Assembly (NCBI GenBank): GCA_002269645.1
Contig: NIVC01001810.1
Coordinates: 62,001-126,000 of the forward strand
DNA: 64,000 nt
From: Macrostomum lignano
Taxonomy: Eukaryota
Direction of reading: 5' to 3'
Shown: in pieces, positions 61,201 through 64,000 of the stretch
Layout of the letters: each line of letters opens with the position of its first letter
Position numbering within the stretch: position 1 is the stretch's first letter
Translations under genes and position numbers: made by a program
The notes under the pieces: generated by a model
The model's database searches: none
The model's input: the letters and a program-made list of their open reading frames with translations, nothing else
What the model was told of the DNA's origin: nothing

Positions 61201-61956
61201 GAGTTCCTGGTTGGTGCCGACTGACTGCGGCTGGCTTGGGGCCGGAGGCAGAGAGGGGAAGCACCACGCAATCTCTTGGTTTGAGGAGGTTGTCATGCGA
61301 TTTAAACCTTGTGAGGGCCGACTCCGAACACAGCTATATAGAGCTGCTGTACACCCTGAGTGAGCGTGTGCATGGGTGCACATACATGCGCAACCCCCTG
61401 ATTTACATCGACCGTGCAACTGACCAAAATTCGTAATTTTGGGTAAACAGCAGGAGTAACTATAACTGTACTAGTAAGGTTAAATGCCTCGTCATCCAAT
61501 GAGTACGTTTCTCTTATTTTTGGGTGGACCCGCGAATATTTATCTGAGGTAGAGAGAAGCGAGGAGGCCACGCACTCCAAAGCTCAAAAAGAGACAATAA
61601 CATGACCTTCAACTGTCCCGCCGGGCTCGCAGGCTGAGCAAGTTCGCCTCGGCCTGATCAGCCCTGGCAGCTCCGAACCCGGCCAGTGGCGCCAGGCGGA
61701 GTCGCCTGCCGGCCTGTGTCCGAGCTACCCCAGGCTGCACATCCTGCCCGCCGGCCTGTCCGACGCTGAGCTCGCGCTGTCCGCCAAGTACCGTGCCAAC
61801 GGCCGCTTCCCCAGCGTGGTCTGGCGCTGCTCCACCACCGGCGCCGTGCTGGCGAGGTCTGCACAGCCGCTGGTCGGGCTCGCCGGCCTGCTTGGCTGGC
61901 GCTGCGAGGCTGACGAGAAACTCGTGAGATTGCTGACGCCCAGGCCGGAGAGCAAG
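58268..61956 (+). CDS. Myotubularin-related phosphatase (MTMR3/4-like), 5' part; exons 58268-58688, 59405-59442 + 61000-61209 (split by LTR insertion), 61633-61956; continues beyond window; disrupted, possibly pseudogenised
   Basis: PH-GRAM: LLPGERLLHVG..GAVALTNYRL, LGFPRP..WAERL; phosphatase N-terminus: WR..LCPSYP..LP..SD..L..AKYRANGRFPSVVWR..GAVLARSAQPLVG..GWRCEADEKL. Phases match once the insertion is removed. Confidence 0.85.
58915..59390. repeat. Degenerate ATCCGACATCCCA-type short-unit repeat
   Basis: Intronic tandem copies ending at the acceptor (59404). Confidence 0.9.
59443..60995 (-). mobile_element. Non-autonomous LTR retrotransposon (TRIM-like): LTRs 59443-59890 and 60548-60995, internal region 657 bp, TSD CCGC
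   Basis: Two 448-bp direct repeats bounded by TG...CA; CCGC at 59439-59442 and 60996-60999; minus-strand PBS TGGTTCCACTGACCG 2 nt after the LTR (resembles the complement of the tRNA-Glu 3' end with one bulge); PPT GAAAAAAGAGCGAC next to the other LTR; no long ORF. Confidence 0.93.
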
Positions 61957-61967
61957 GTGAGGCTGGT

Positions 61968-64000
61968 GGCACTGAGATAAGCACTGAGATGGGTACTGAG
62001 ATGGGTACTGAGATGGGTACTGAGATAAGCACTGAGATGGGCACTGAGATAAGCACTGAGATGGGCACTGAGATAAGCACTGAGATGGGTACTGAGATAA
62101 GCACTGAGATAAGCACTAAGATAGGCACTGAGATAAGCACTGAGATGGGCACTGAGATAAGCACTGAGATGGGCACTGAGATAAGCACTGAGATAAGCAC
62201 TGAGATGGGCACTGAGATAAGCACTGAGATAAGCACTGAGATGGGTACTGAGATAAGCATTGAGATGGGCACTGAGATAAGCACTGAGATGGGTACCGAG
62301 ATAAGCACTGAGATGGGTACTGAGATAAGCACTGAGATAAGCACTAAGATAGGCACTGAGATAAGCACTGAGATAAGCACTGAGATGGGTACTGAGATAA
62401 GCACTGAGATAAGCACTGAGATAAGCATTGAGATGGGTACTGAGATAAGCACTGAGATGGGCACTGAGATAAGCACTGAGATGGGCACTGAGATAAGCAC
62501 TGAGATAAGCACTGAGATGGGCACTGAGATAAGCACTGAGATGGGTACTGAGATAAGCATTGAGATGGGCACTGAGATAAGCACTGAGATGGGTACTGAG
62601 AAAAGCACTGAGATGGGTACCGAGATAAGCACTGAGATGGGTACTGAGATAAGCACTGAGATGGGTACTGAGATAAGCACTGAGATGGGTACTGAGATAA
62701 GCACTGAGATGGGTACTGAGATAAGCACTGAGATAAGCACTGAGAAGGGTACCGAGATAAGCACTGAGATGGGTACTCAGATAAGCACTGAGATGGGTAC
62801 TGAGATAAGCACTGAGATGAGCACTGAGATAAGCACTGATATAAGCACTGAGATAAGCACTGAGATGGGTACTGAGATAAGCACTGAGATAAGCACTGAG
62901 ATAAGCATTGAGATGGGTACTGAGATAAGCACTGAGATGGGCACTGAGATAAGCACTGAGATGGGCACTGAGATAAGCACTGAGATGAGCACTGAGATAA
63001 GCACTGAGATAAGCACTGAGATGGGCACTGAGATAAGCACTGAGATGGGTACTGAGATAAGCATTGAGATGGGCACTGAGATAAGCACTGAGATAAGCAC
63101 TGAGATGGGTACTGAGATAAGCACTGAGATAAGCACTGAGATGGGTACTGAGATAAGCACTGAGAATGGTACTGAGATAAGCACTGAGAAGGGTACCGAG
63201 ATAAGCACTGAGATGGGTACTCAGATAAGCACTGAGATGGGTACTGAGATAAGCACTGAGATGGGTACTGAGATAAGCACTGAGATGGGCACTGAGATAA
63301 GCACTGAGATGGGTACTGAGATAAGCACTGAGATGAGCACTGAGATAAGCACTGAGATGAGCACTGAGATAAGCACTGAGATGGGTACTGAGATAAGCAC
63401 TGAGATAAGCATTGAGATGGGCACTGAGATAAGCACTGATATAAGCACTGAGATAAGCACTGAGATGGGTACTGAGATAAGCATTGAGATGGGTACTGAG
63501 ATAAGCACTGAGATGGGCACTGAGATAAGCATTGAGATAAGCACTGAGATGGGTACTGAGATAAGCACTGAGATGGGTACTGAGATAAGCACTGAGATGG
63601 GTACTGAGATAAGCACTGAGATGGGTACTGAGATAAGCACTGAGATGGGCACTGAGATAAGCACTGATATAAGCACTGAGATAAGCACTGAGATAAGCAC
63701 TGAGATGGGTACTGAGATAAGCATTGAGATGGGTACTGAGATAAGCACTGAGATGGGCACTGAGATAAGCATTGAGATGGGCATTGGGATGGGTACTGAG
63801 AAAAGCACGGAGATAAGCATTGAGATGGGCACGGAGATAAGCATTGAGATGGGCACTGAGATAAGCACTGAGATAAGCACTGAGATAAGCATTGAGATGG
63901 GCACTGAGATAAGCACTGAGATAAGCATTGAGATGGGCACTGAGATAAGCACTGAGATGAAGTGGGCACTGAGATGAGATGGGCACTGAGATGAAGAGGT
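61968..64000. repeat. 12-bp satellite with two unit types (CTGAGATAAGCA / CTGAGATGGGTA), runs off window end
   Basis: About 170 units starting ~12 nt after the donor at 61957. Confidence 0.97.

Noticed and set aside
61658-63986. Long ORFs (368-753 aa) such as MGTEISTE repeats
   Set aside because: They are translations of a 12-bp intronic satellite, open only because the unit is a multiple of 3 without stops.

Overview
Eukaryotic (metazoan) genomic DNA with GC-rich coding exons separated by introns filled with locus-specific tandem minisatellites, plus AT-rich, CpG-poor blocks near several gene 5' ends. This architecture and the zfp-1-type zinc finger suggest a free-living flatworm such as Macrostomum (inference). 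Six spliced genes were reconstructed by hand from GT/AG sites and phase matching: a 3xC2H2 zinc-finger TF (+), an ERp72/PDIA4-like disulfide isomerase (-), PNPO (+), an AKAP1/Spoonbill-like KH-Tudor protein (+), a TRPM2-like channel with NUDT9-H domain (-) and the 5' part of an MTMR3/4-like myotubularin (+). The most notable items are (1) a complete 1,553-bp non-autonomous LTR element (448-bp LTRs, tRNA-Glu-like PBS, PPT, CCGC target-site duplication) inserted inside a myotubularin coding exon, (2) an intron of the TRPM gene made of about 60 tandem copies of its own 5' splice site, (3) a TRPM NUDT9-H domain with no Nudix box and a 1-nt frameshift, (4) an ERp72-like protein retaining only one of three CGHC sites, and (5) a decayed Copia element with a half-tRNA-Met-type PBS. 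All coordinates were read by eye; no database searches were run.
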